The position numbers and the translations under genes were made by a program. The notes beneath the pieces were generated by a model. It did no database searches. It worked only from the letters and a program-made list of their open reading frames with translations, and was not told the origin of the DNA. DNA of 63,729 nucleotides from an uncultured Bacilli bacterium (GTDB taxonomy: Bacteria > Bacillota_I > Bacilli_A > RF39 > UBA660), in the NCBI GenBank assembly GCA_944358695.1, contig CALVRM010000021.1:1-63729 (forward strand), written 5' to 3'. Shown piece by piece: positions 39,864 to 49,362 of the stretch (positions are counted from its first letter, which is position 1; each line of letters opens with the position of its first letter).

Positions 39864-40762
39864 TGCGTATTTTGTGTGTTGGTCATGTAACTTATGATAT
39901 AACTTTTCCGTGTGATAGTTTTCCAATTGAAAATACTAAAACAAGATATCATGAAAAAGAGGAATGTGCCGGTGGTCCGGCAAGTATTGCTGCTTTTCTT
40001 TTAGGAAAATGGAACCAAGATGTTGAGATAGCCGGCCAAGTAGGTAATGATGATTTTGGCCGAAAAATAAAGAAAGAATTTGCTTTAAATAGAGTTAATA
40101 CGGAAAATTTAATTTTAAATGATGATATTTCAACTTCAAACAGTGTTGTTTTAGCCAACCGAAGCAATGGTTCAAGAACAATTTTGACTTATACACCAAA
40201 GCATAACAATATGCCAGTTTTTATTCCACAAAAAGCTCCAGACATTATTTTAATCGATGGCTATGAATATGAGGCCAGTAAACAGCTTTTAAAAAAGTAT
40301 CCCAAAGCAATCAGTGTTATAGATGCAGGTCGTGATAAAAAAGAAATTATTGAGTTGGCCTCAATGGTCAATTATGTCGTTTGTTCAAAAGAGTTTTCAG
40401 AAAAAGTAACCGGCCTTAAAATTGACTTCAATTATAAGCAGACTTTGGTAGACGTATATACTAAGATGGAAACTATGTTTAAAAATAACATTGTTATTAC
40501 TCTAGAAAATCAAGGCTGTTTATATCGTGATCAAGGGCAGATTAAAATAATGCCCTCAATCAAAGTTAAAACGATTGACTCAACTGGAGCTGGGGATATT
40601 TTTCATGGAGCCTTTGTTTATGGCTTAGCAAACAATTTTGATTATGAAAAAACGCTTAAGTTTGCTAATATAGCAGGAGCCTTATCGGTAACTAGAGTTG
40701 GGGGTTATCGTTCGATACCAACTCTAGAAGAAATGCAGGAAGTTTATGACGAAGTTAAATGA
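39863..40762 (+). CDS. PfkB family carbohydrate kinase
   Basis: GGPASIAA and IDSTGAGDIFHGAF. Confidence 0.92.
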   Translation: MRILCVGHVTYDITFPCDSFPIENTKTRYHEKEECAGGPASIAAFLLGKWNQDVEIAGQVGNDDFGRKIKKEFALNRVNTENLILNDDISTSNSVVLANRSNGSRTILTYTPKHNNMPVFIPQKAPDIILIDGYEYEASKQLLKKYPKAISVIDAGRDKKEIIELASMVNYVVCSKEFSEKVTGLKIDFNYKQTLVDVYTKMETMFKNNIVITLENQGCLYRDQGQIKIMPSIKVKTIDSTGAGDIFHGAFVYGLANNFDYEKTLKFANIAGALSVTRVGGYRSIPTLEEMQEVYDEVK

Positions 40763-41021
40763 GATTGTATTTATAAATAATTATCCATCCATTGATTTAC
40801 ATGGTTATGATCGCGAAACAGCAAGAGTCGCCATTGAGGATTTTATTAGAGATAATCAAAAAATGGGGAATGAAGTAATTATTATTATTCACGGAATTGG
40901 TTCAGGAGTTTTGCAAAAGCAAACCCATAAAACCTTAAGGGAAAACAAAAACGTGATCGATTATAAATTATATTATTATAATAATGGATGTACAGTCGTC
41001 CAAATAAAGAAAAATAATTAA
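40746..41021 (+). CDS. Smr/MutS2 domain protein
   Basis: IDLHG, IIHGIGSGVL, NNGCTVV. Confidence 0.9.
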   Translation: MTKLNEIVFINNYPSIDLHGYDRETARVAIEDFIRDNQKMGNEVIIIIHGIGSGVLQKQTHKTLRENKNVIDYKLYYYNNGCTVVQIKKNN

Positions 41022-41039
41022 TGGATAATTTTGCATGAA

Positions 41040-41082
41040 AAATTTTCGCTTGATAATAGAAAGGAAATTTTCGCTTGATAAT
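41040..41082 (+). repeat. Exact 18-bp direct repeat with 25-bp period, upstream of the pilin-adhesin promoter
   Basis: AAATTTTCGCTTGATAAT at 41040-57 and 41065-82. Confidence 0.9.
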
Positions 41083-41148
41083 CACAATGCATTGTAATAA
41101 GTATTGACTAAATAACTAAATAAGATATAATTATAATAGGTGAGATGT

Positions 41149-42693
41149 ATGAAAAGTAAAAAGGGATTTACATTAACTGAAATATTAGGTGTCATAGCTA
41201 TTTTGGGGCTTTTATTATTACTTATCGTTCCAACTATTTTAAATAGAGTTAGAACGAGCGAAAGTGATACTAAACAAGCACAGGATAAAATGATTGAAGA
41301 GTCCGCTAATCTTTATATGGACGATAATAAAGATTTATTTCCGAACACTACGGATAATGTTTATTGTATACCAGTTCAAACATTAATCGATAATGGTAAA
41401 ATAACTGAAGAACTAAAAGATGTCACAGCAAAAGATGAAAATATAAAAAAAAGAGTAATCAAAGTGACTATATCTAAAAATGGCAATCGCATATTTGAAA
41501 ATGTAGATTCTTGTAATGAAATACAATATAAAAATATCGTATTTACTGTTGGACCTAAAGATAATAGTGTATGGACAACTAGTAAATATGTAACTATTAA
41601 GTATCCTGATATGGGTGAAGGATATGTTAATAAATACAGTGTTGATGGCGGAAAAACGTGGAAAGTTGTTGTCGGAAATAGTAAAAAAACGGAAGACTTT
41701 ACTGCTGATGGTAAAGTTATGGCGCGAATGGAAGGCCCAACTGTAATAAAAGATGAATATCCAGTTAAGCGGATAGATAGAACTGCCCCAACTATAACCA
41801 GTGTTACTGGCAACCCAACTTCATGGACTAAAAATAGTGTAACATTAACTGTAAATGGGGCCAAAGATAGTCAGTCAGGCTTAGCTGCCTCAGCATATAG
41901 TTTTGATAATGGAGCAACATGGCAAACAAGTAATCAAAAGACTTATACAGCTAATACGAACAACATTATTGTTAAAGTAAGAGATGCCGTAGGCAATATT
42001 TATACTCATTCAGCTATCAATATTACAAAGATTGATAAAACTGCTCCAACTATAACCAGTGTTACTGGCAACCCAACTTCATGGACTAAAAATAGTGTAA
42101 CATTAACTGTAAATGGAGCCAAAGATAGTCAGTCAGGCTTAGCTGCTTCAGCATATAGTTTTGATAATGGAGCAACATGGCAAACAAGTAATCAAAAGAC
42201 TTATACAGCTAATACGAGCAACATTATTGTTAAAGTAAGAGATGCCGTAGGCAACATTTATACTCGTTCAGCTATCAATATTACAAAGATTGATAAAACA
42301 CCACCAAATGCTCCTTATATTGGATCACTTTGGCTGGGTGGTGATTTAAATGTTACTGGTAACAGTTGTAGTAATGTTGGTGGCGGCCAAGCCAATGCTG
42401 TATGTGATGTTTATATTTCTACGGGGCATTATAGCACTTGGTGGTTCGATAGTTCATATTCACATTCCGATGCCGGAGGTAGTGGTATATCATATAATCA
42501 AAACTATTGGACACATAATGGTAGTAGTTCAGACTACTATCCAGATTGGTCAACAAGCTGCTGTGGTAACTGGGCGGCAGATAGCGGAAGCTATAATTAT
42601 GCGACCTGGATTACTTGGGGGTTACGCAGTGTCGATAATGTAGGGAATGTAGGTTATACTACAACTGTTCGTTTCCATATAAGTTATTGGTAA
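41149..42693 (+). CDS. Type IV prepilin-leader protein with Ig-like repeats (putative pilus adhesin)
   Basis: KKG|FTLTE class III signal peptide; two DxTAP..S...N...W...RDAVGN repeats; aromatic C-terminal domain. Confidence 0.85.
   Translation: MKSKKGFTLTEILGVIAILGLLLLLIVPTILNRVRTSESDTKQAQDKMIEESANLYMDDNKDLFPNTTDNVYCIPVQTLIDNGKITEELKDVTAKDENIKKRVIKVTISKNGNRIFENVDSCNEIQYKNIVFTVGPKDNSVWTTSKYVTIKYPDMGEGYVNKYSVDGGKTWKVVVGNSKKTEDFTADGKVMARMEGPTVIKDEYPVKRIDRTAPTITSVTGNPTSWTKNSVTLTVNGAKDSQSGLAASAYSFDNGATWQTSNQKTYTANTNNIIVKVRDAVGNIYTHSAINITKIDKTAPTITSVTGNPTSWTKNSVTLTVNGAKDSQSGLAASAYSFDNGATWQTSNQKTYTANTSNIIVKVRDAVGNIYTRSAINITKIDKTPPNAPYIGSLWLGGDLNVTGNSCSNVGGGQANAVCDVYISTGHYSTWWFDSSYSHSDAGGSGISYNQNYWTHNGSSSDYYPDWSTSCCGNWAADSGSYNYATWITWGLRSVDNVGNVGYTTTVRFHISYW
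41773..42299 (+). repeat. Near-identical 258-bp (86-aa) tandem duplication
   Basis: ACTATAACCAGTGTTACTGGC at 41791 and 42049; only a few substitutions between copies. Confidence 0.95.
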
Positions 42694-42705
42694 TAAGGAG
42701 GAAAT

Positions 42706-43128
42706 ATGGCTTTAAAGAAAATAATCATTTGTTTAATTATTGTTATTGGACTAACTGGTTGTGGGTGTTCTAAGTCTTCATCATCGGAAGATAATAAAAC
42801 TAAAGATGAAGTGACAAAAGTTACCGTAAATAATGGAAGTATGGAAACTATTAATAGTAAAGGATTTAAAATAGAGTTAGATAGAAATGGTGAAAATGCA
42901 ATTATTGTTATTCGAAATGATGATGTGAAAAAAGACCAAGCCTATATAATTGATTTAACGATTAATCAAAAAGAAGGGGGTGCCACGGTTCAAGAGGCCT
43001 ACATACCTGCTAATATGCCAGAACCATTAAAACTAAACACTAATTTAAAATCTGAAGTTATCACTAGCATTGAATATAAAATAACTGAAACAAAGTCACA
43101 ATTAAAAGGTAATTCTAAAAAGGCCTAA
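42706..43128 (+). CDS. Putative lipoprotein
   Basis: Lipobox LTGC; downstream of the pilin-adhesin. Confidence 0.75.
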   Translation: MALKKIIICLIIVIGLTGCGCSKSSSSEDNKTKDEVTKVTVNNGSMETINSKGFKIELDRNGENAIIVIRNDDVKKDQAYIIDLTINQKEGGATVQEAYIPANMPEPLKLNTNLKSEVITSIEYKITETKSQLKGNSKKA

Positions 43129-43259
43129 AATAGGTCTTTTTGTATTTATCATTTGTTGATTTAGTAAACTAATAATAATTTAGAAAAAATAATTTTAAAA
43201 TTGACAAATATTAATGATTGTGCTAATATAATTGGCATATTTTAAAGGGGGAGATTTGT

Positions 43260-44246
43260 ATGTACGAAGAAGGACGAAGTGGATTTGCATTTAAAAATAT
43301 AATTTTAAAGCTTTTGTTTATCGTTTTACTAATCTTCATAGTTATTTGGTTATTTCCTACTAAAAACTATGTAAAAAATTTAATTGAGCAAAAACTCGGT
43401 ACTTCTGCCGATCAAATATTTAACACCAATGTTCAAACAATGAAAGAAGCTGCTTTAACATATTTTAATGGGTCAAGATTACCAGAAGAAGAAGGAAAGT
43501 CTGAAAAACTTACTTTAGAAGAAATGTTAGATAAAAAGTTATTAGTTGGATTTACTGATAGTAATGGTAAAAGCTGTGATAATAAAAAATCATATGTTGA
43601 GGTTACTAAAAATAAAACAGATTACAGTTTAAAAGTAAACTTAGCCTGTACTGATAAGACTGATTATATAAATAGTTATATTGGTTCTTACGCATATTGT
43701 ACAAGTGACGTTTGCGAAAAAAAAAAATTAACTGAAAATAATTCTGAACAAACTGTTAACGCCCAAGAAACTATCACTACCGAAGCCACCCAAGATTCTA
43801 ATGAGTGCCAATATGTTAAAACATCTGGTGGTTATTGGACAAATTATGGTGATTGGTCTACTTGGACTACTAATAAAATAAGTTCGTCAAATTCAAGGCA
43901 AATTCAAACTAAAGTTGAAAAAATTAAAACCGGTACGGTAGTAGAGCAGGTAGGTACTTATAAACATACACAAAATCCTAAAAAAGTGACTGTTACCAAA
44001 AATGATCGAAAACAAATAATATATGTTTGTCCAGCAGATTTTGATAACGGTGGAAGCTATAATAATTTCGTTACCTGCGTTAAGACAATGCCGAATTATG
44101 TGACCAAAGATACTTATAAAAATGTTACTTACTATCGATATCGTGATCGCGTATACAAAAATAATAATAATTCTTATAAATGGAGTAGTTGCAACGATAG
44201 CACGCTCATTAGCCAAGGTTATACTGCGACTGGTAACACTAGATGA
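43260..44246 (+). CDS. Pilin-like surface protein with Trp-rich (WSTW) C-terminal region
   Basis: GRSGFAFKNIILKLL hydrophobic N-terminus; C...SYVEV...VNLAC head; YGDWSTW. Confidence 0.55.
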   Translation: MYEEGRSGFAFKNIILKLLFIVLLIFIVIWLFPTKNYVKNLIEQKLGTSADQIFNTNVQTMKEAALTYFNGSRLPEEEGKSEKLTLEEMLDKKLLVGFTDSNGKSCDNKKSYVEVTKNKTDYSLKVNLACTDKTDYINSYIGSYAYCTSDVCEKKKLTENNSEQTVNAQETITTEATQDSNECQYVKTSGGYWTNYGDWSTWTTNKISSSNSRQIQTKVEKIKTGTVVEQVGTYKHTQNPKKVTVTKNDRKQIIYVCPADFDNGGSYNNFVTCVKTMPNYVTKDTYKNVTYYRYRDRVYKNNNNSYKWSSCNDSTLISQGYTATGNTR

Positions 44247-44370
44247 CACGTATTTACGTGTTTTTCTTTGCCAATAAAATGTAAAGAAAAGCTTAATCAA
44301 TTGACTTTTATTTTATTTTTATGATACTATTAATTTATAGTAGGAGAATAGACAGAAAGGAAGACCACCA

Positions 44371-44793
44371 ATGCCAAAACAAGCAGATAAATATATTTTC
44401 GCTTATAATAACGAGAATGAATTTAAAAAACTAGAAAGCGCATTAAAAAAATATAATATGCTTGCTTTTAAAAAATTGTATTTTGAGTTTTATCCAACTT
44501 TAAAAAGTGGTGTTCTTCTTGGGAAAAAAGTAACTCTTAATGATGGAACGGAAGAATATCAAATTTCTTTACCAACCGATGCCTTATTTACCAAAGTTCA
44601 TGGTGAAGTGAAGTTGCATTATATATTAGACGAAGCAAATAAAGCAATTATTCTTAAAACTTTAAGTCCTGAAGATATTTTAAGCGAAGGACATCAATCT
44701 GAATTAGGGACTTATAAAGGAGTTATGGTTTCTAAAGAACATGCTGAAAAAGATATGTTTAAAATTAATTTATTAAATATGATTCAAAAATAA
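44371..44793 (+). CDS. Hypothetical protein
   Basis: Own TTGACT-17-TACTAT promoter; 140-aa ORF. Confidence 0.7.
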   Translation: MPKQADKYIFAYNNENEFKKLESALKKYNMLAFKKLYFEFYPTLKSGVLLGKKVTLNDGTEEYQISLPTDALFTKVHGEVKLHYILDEANKAIILKTLSPEDILSEGHQSELGTYKGVMVSKEHAEKDMFKINLLNMIQK

Positions 44794-44934
44794 AAGCATT
44801 GCGCTTTTTTTAGTTTCTATAACCATGTATAAATATATTACAATATGATTGCTAATATAAACTACATAAGATAGGAGAAATTAAAAATGATTAAAGTCAA
44901 AAATCTAAGTAGATTGCCATATTGGTAATCTTTT

Positions 44935-45876
44935 TTAGTAGAAAATTGTTTCTGTTAAATGATGTTTACCTTCAATGTTTCTTCCTGTAACCCATATAAA
45001 GTTATCTAACAAAATTGAATTTGTTTTCACTCCGGTATTTTCTAATTCGCTCCTTATTAATTCAATAACATAAATCATATTTGCTCTAATCTCAATTTCA
45101 AAATTAGAATTATGTAGAATTAAATTATCATTATCAACGATATTAGCTAACTCGCTGCTGTATTCAATTAACCCGTAATATCTAAAAATCTTTGGAATAA
45201 CATAATCCGCACACCCTAGTAAATCATCAATATTTTGTATATTATTTTTAACTCTAAAACTTACTTCAAACAAGTCACGAACCAGTAAATTCGCTCGTTT
45301 ATAAAAATAAATCTCTTGCCCTTTATAAGTGCTTACATCGTTGAAACAAGGGAAGTTAGTTACAATATATTCTAACAATTCCATACAACTTTTAAGGTTA
45401 AATAATTCGTCAAAAAACTTATCACCTTTATTATAAATAGTATTTATCGTTTCGCTAATATTATTATATCTTTCATCAATTAAAGGTAAATCATTATCTC
45501 CACCTAAAATATCTAATAAATCATCTTTTGTTAAATTGTTTAAATTATCAATATTTAAAAAACTTTTATCAGTTAAACTTTTATCCAATAGTGAATAAAT
45601 CATTGCTGTCGAACGACTATAATGATGTCCATCAAAATCTTTCTCAATATATGGTTTTTTCCAAAAACAAAAATTTATTGATTCTATTATAAATACTAAT
45701 AAAATAAGTTGCTTTTCCGAAAAGCTATTTTTATATTTATTTAGCCAATAATGATTATTTTCTTTTACCTTTAACATATCGACATAATCATATATTTTAT
45801 CTTTGTTTATTTTTACATCGTCACTATTATCAACTACATATTTTATTTGTTCTAATCTTTGATTTCCAGTTACCAT
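44935..45876 (-). CDS. Queuosine salvage family protein (DUF2419/Qng1-like)
   Basis: ESINFCFW, FYKRANL, ADYVIPKIFRYYGLIEYS, EIEIRA, LDNFIW. Confidence 0.85.
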   Translation of the reverse strand: MVTGNQRLEQIKYVVDNSDDVKINKDKIYDYVDMLKVKENNHYWLNKYKNSFSEKQLILLVFIIESINFCFWKKPYIEKDFDGHHYSRSTAMIYSLLDKSLTDKSFLNIDNLNNLTKDDLLDILGGDNDLPLIDERYNNISETINTIYNKGDKFFDELFNLKSCMELLEYIVTNFPCFNDVSTYKGQEIYFYKRANLLVRDLFEVSFRVKNNIQNIDDLLGCADYVIPKIFRYYGLIEYSSELANIVDNDNLILHNSNFEIEIRANMIYVIELIRSELENTGVKTNSILLDNFIWVTGRNIEGKHHLTETIFY

Positions 45877-45978
45877 ATTACCACCACTATTATTTTATCA
45901 TAAAAAAATAATAGTGAGATATAAATATGAAATATTTAGGCAAACAAAAACCCTTGGTTACAAGGGATAACTTCATAA

Positions 45979-46063
45979 TGGTGCGGGTGAAGGGACTTGA
46001 ACCCCCATGCCGTAAGGCGCTAGATCCTAAGTCTAGTGCGTCTACCAATTTCGCCACACCCGC
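45979..46063 (-). tRNA. tRNA-Leu(TAG)
   Basis: GCGGGTGTGGCGAAATTGGTAGACGC...CT-TAG-GA, variable arm, GTTCAAGTC, encoded CCA. Confidence 0.97.
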
Positions 46064-46072
46064 ATATTTAAA

Positions 46073-46149
46073 TGGTGGACCCTGATGGATTCGAACCATC
46101 GACCGTCCGGTTATGAGCCGGATGCTCTAACCAACTGAGCTAAGGGTCC
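46073..46149 (-). tRNA. tRNA with CAT anticodon, most likely Ile2
   Basis: GGACCCTTAGCTCAGTTGGTTAGAGC...CGGCTCATAACCG; acceptor/anticodon pattern as recalled for Bacillus Ile2 rather than Met. Confidence 0.88.
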
Positions 46150-46336
46150 ATCTCCTGACCTTTATATAATAACATATTACTTTATTTTATGCAATAATTA
46201 TTTTTAAAATTCTGTAAAATTTTCAGGATTAAATAAATAGTAGTTACCAAGTAGGTTTTTAAGGTAATTTTTAGTTTTTTTCTTATATTCTAGAATAAAA
46301 TAAAGTAATATGTTATAATAAAGCAAGGTGATAAGA

Positions 46337-47728
46337 ATGAAATTATATAATACACTTACTAAGAAAGTAGAAAAATTTATCCCCCATAACGAAGAAAAAG
46401 TAACTTTATATACTTGCGGACCAACAGTTTATCATTTCGCACACATCGGTAATATGCGCAATTATATTTCTGAAGATATTTTAGAAAGGACTTTAAAGTA
46501 CTTGGGTTATCAGGTTAAAAGATGTATGAATATCACTGATGTTGGACATTTAACTAGTGACTCTGATAGTGGTGATGATAAAATGTTAAAAGGGGCTAAA
46601 AGGGAACATACTACGGTTTTAGATATTGCCCAAAAATATACGGATGCCTTCAAATCAGACTGCCAAAAATTAAATATTCACTGGCCAGAAATTGTCGTGC
46701 CAGCTACATCTTGCATTGACAAATATATAAAAATGATTGAACTACTATTAGAGAAAGGTTATGCTTATAGATCAAATGGCAATATATATTTTGATATAAC
46801 TAAATTGTCTGATTATTATGCTTTAACCAACCACAAAGAAGATGAAATGGTAGTTGGGGCCAGAGAAGGTGTCGAAGAAGATATAGGCAAACATAATCAA
46901 GGTGATTTTGTTTTATGGTTTACAAAATCAAAGTTTGATGATCAAGAATTAAAATGGGATAGTCCTTTTGGAACTGGTTATCCAGGATGGCACATTGAGT
47001 GTTCAGCAATTTCAATCAACTATTTAGGGGAATATCTTGATATTCACTGCGGTGGAGTGGATAATATTTTTCCTCATCATACAAATGAAATTGCTCAGTC
47101 TGAAGCTTATTTAGGGCATAAATGGTGTAATTATTGGTTTCATACAGAGCATTTAAATGATACAACCGGTAAAATGAGCAAGTCGAAAGGCGATTTTTTA
47201 ACGGTGGATACTTTAATAAGTAAAGGTTATAATCCGTTAGTTTTTAGATACATGTGTTTAAATTCCCATTATCGCAAACAACTGTTATTTGATTTTAATA
47301 ATTTAGATAATGCTAAAGAAGCTTATAATAAATTAGTTAGTAAAATTAAAAATATTAAAGAAGATGGTGAATTAGAAAAAAATAAAATCAATGCTTTTCA
47401 AAATCAATTTAAAGCAGCTTTAGCAAATGATTTAAACACTTCTTTAGCTTTAACTACGGTTTATGATGTTTTAAAGTCAAATATTTCCGGTAAAAGTAAA
47501 TTATTTTTAATGGCTGATTTCGATAAAGTTTTAGGATTAGATTTATTAAAGATAGATACAATAACGCCTAAGTTAAAAGTTTTTATTGAGCAAAAAATCG
47601 CCGAAAGAAATCAAGCTAAACAGAACAAAGACTATGCTAAAGCTGATGAAATTAGAGCAGAATTATTAGACAAAAATATCATTATTAAAGATACTAAAGA
47701 GGGTACTGAATTTGAAATACGCAAATAA
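46337..47728 (+). CDS. cysS: Cysteine--tRNA ligase
   Basis: YTCGPTVY, HIGN, PGWHIECS, KMSKS. Confidence 0.98.
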   Translation: MKLYNTLTKKVEKFIPHNEEKVTLYTCGPTVYHFAHIGNMRNYISEDILERTLKYLGYQVKRCMNITDVGHLTSDSDSGDDKMLKGAKREHTTVLDIAQKYTDAFKSDCQKLNIHWPEIVVPATSCIDKYIKMIELLLEKGYAYRSNGNIYFDITKLSDYYALTNHKEDEMVVGAREGVEEDIGKHNQGDFVLWFTKSKFDDQELKWDSPFGTGYPGWHIECSAISINYLGEYLDIHCGGVDNIFPHHTNEIAQSEAYLGHKWCNYWFHTEHLNDTTGKMSKSKGDFLTVDTLISKGYNPLVFRYMCLNSHYRKQLLFDFNNLDNAKEAYNKLVSKIKNIKEDGELEKNKINAFQNQFKAALANDLNTSLALTTVYDVLKSNISGKSKLFLMADFDKVLGLDLLKIDTITPKLKVFIEQKIAERNQAKQNKDYAKADEIRAELLDKNIIIKDTKEGTEFEIRK

Positions 47729-48596
47729 TAAAACTGGTATATTAGTTGTAAACAAACCCAGTGGACCTACAAGTAGGGATATAGTAAATCAAGTACAAAA
47801 ATTATTAAATACTAAATCTGGACATACTGGAACTTTAGATCCTTTGGCCAATGGTGTTTTAGTTGTTACTTTAGGCAAAGCTACTAAGTTATCAGAAATA
47901 TTGACAAGCCAAACTAAAGAATATCAAGCTGAAGTAGTTTTAGGTATAGAAACTGATTCATTGGATATTGAAGGTGCTATTTTAAAAGAAAAGAATGCTG
48001 TAATTGATCAGTCAGTTATTATTAAGGCTTTAGCTGATTTTGAAAAAACGTATGACCAAGAAGTTCCAAAATATTCGGCTGTTAAAGTAAATGGTAAAAA
48101 ACTTTATGAATATGCTAGAAAAGGTGAAGAGGTTAAACTACCAAAAAAGAAAGTAACAATCTTTAAAAACGAATTATTATCTTATAAGGTAAAAGATAAT
48201 AAAACAATTTTTACATTTTATACAAAAGTTAGTAAAGGGACATATATTAGAAGTTTAATAAGAGATCTCGCTTATTATTTAAATACATATGGAACTATGA
48301 CCGCTTTAACTAGAATTTCTCAAGGGAAATTTAAGCTTGATAACTCTTCAACTCTCGAAGAAATAGGGAAAGGAAATTATCAAATAATTCCCATAAAAGA
48401 GGCTTTAGATATTAAAATTAAAAAAGTGACTAATGAAGAAAAATTTAAGATTTTAAATGGCGTTCCAATTGAAGGCACTGATGAAGAAATTTTATTCGTC
48501 GACCAAGAAGGACAGGAGCTGGCAGTTTACCATAGAGAAAATGGCAAATTAAGGATGTGGAAAATGCTATATGAGAACAATGGAAAAAGTAAATAA
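47712..48596 (+). CDS. truB: tRNA pseudouridine(55) synthase
   Basis: GHTGTLDPLANG, VPKYSAVKVNGKKLYEYAR, SKGTYIRSL; TTG start overlapping cysS. Confidence 0.96.
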   Translation: MKYANNKTGILVVNKPSGPTSRDIVNQVQKLLNTKSGHTGTLDPLANGVLVVTLGKATKLSEILTSQTKEYQAEVVLGIETDSLDIEGAILKEKNAVIDQSVIIKALADFEKTYDQEVPKYSAVKVNGKKLYEYARKGEEVKLPKKKVTIFKNELLSYKVKDNKTIFTFYTKVSKGTYIRSLIRDLAYYLNTYGTMTALTRISQGKFKLDNSSTLEEIGKGNYQIIPIKEALDIKIKKVTNEEKFKILNGVPIEGTDEEILFVDQEGQELAVYHRENGKLRMWKMLYENNGKSK

Positions 48597-49311
48597 AAAA
48601 GCCGGGAATTATCGTTTAACAGCTATTGCAAATACTAAAAATTATGCATTAATAATTGACGGCAGTCTAGAAGCTAACAAAGATACTACTCAAGTAAAAT
48701 GGTATGTTTCAAATTTAAAAATGGCTTTAAAAAAATATTTATTGACAGAAGATTTAGTTGCAGCACTTATTAAGGCTAGTGAATATGTCAATAAGAATTT
48801 TCATGGAAATGTTCCTTATATTAGCCTAGGGGTTTGTAAAAAGAACAAAGATAAACTGGAGATTCTTTTAGTTAATAGTGCTAAATGTTATTTGAAAACT
48901 GATGATGTTCATTTGTTAGAACATAAAAATATTAGTGATTATAAAAATAATTTATTAAAGCAGCTTAAAGCTAAAAGTCAAAATAATTTTCTTAAGCTAA
49001 AAAATAAAGCTTTAATGCAAATTAAATTTCAAAAGTTATATTCTAATATTGATGATCAGACTAAATATCTTTATAGTGAGTTAGACTATGATAATGTTCA
49101 TTCTATATTACTTTGTAATGAGGGTTTTCAAAATTATCAAAAATATTTAGAACTAAAAGATAAAGATTTTTTCACTTTAGCTGGGGAACAAGGCGTTAAA
49201 TACTGTTACAATCATTTAAAGCGAATTGAAGAGAAAGATCAAACTTTAGAAAAATTACCACGCTTTAAAGAAAATGATGATGTAGTAGCTATTTATAAAA
49301 TTTTAATTTAA
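48571..49311 (+). CDS. Hypothetical protein, possibly a degenerate PP2C-like fold
   Basis: ALIIDG, ILLCNEG and NDDVVAI loosely resemble PP2C motifs. Confidence 0.45.
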   Translation: MRTMEKVNKKAGNYRLTAIANTKNYALIIDGSLEANKDTTQVKWYVSNLKMALKKYLLTEDLVAALIKASEYVNKNFHGNVPYISLGVCKKNKDKLEILLVNSAKCYLKTDDVHLLEHKNISDYKNNLLKQLKAKSQNNFLKLKNKALMQIKFQKLYSNIDDQTKYLYSELDYDNVHSILLCNEGFQNYQKYLELKDKDFFTLAGEQGVKYCYNHLKRIEEKDQTLEKLPRFKENDDVVAIYKILI

Positions 49312-49362
49312 TTGTTGACTATATGTGTATTTTTATATATTATATATCCTTGAGGTGTATTT

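Noticed and set aside
45890-46099. 69-aa minus-strand ORF in the track
   Set aside because: It overlaps the two tRNA genes and is spurious.
45979-46149. tRNA-targeted genomic island
   Set aside because: No duplicated tRNA 3' end or integrase seen.
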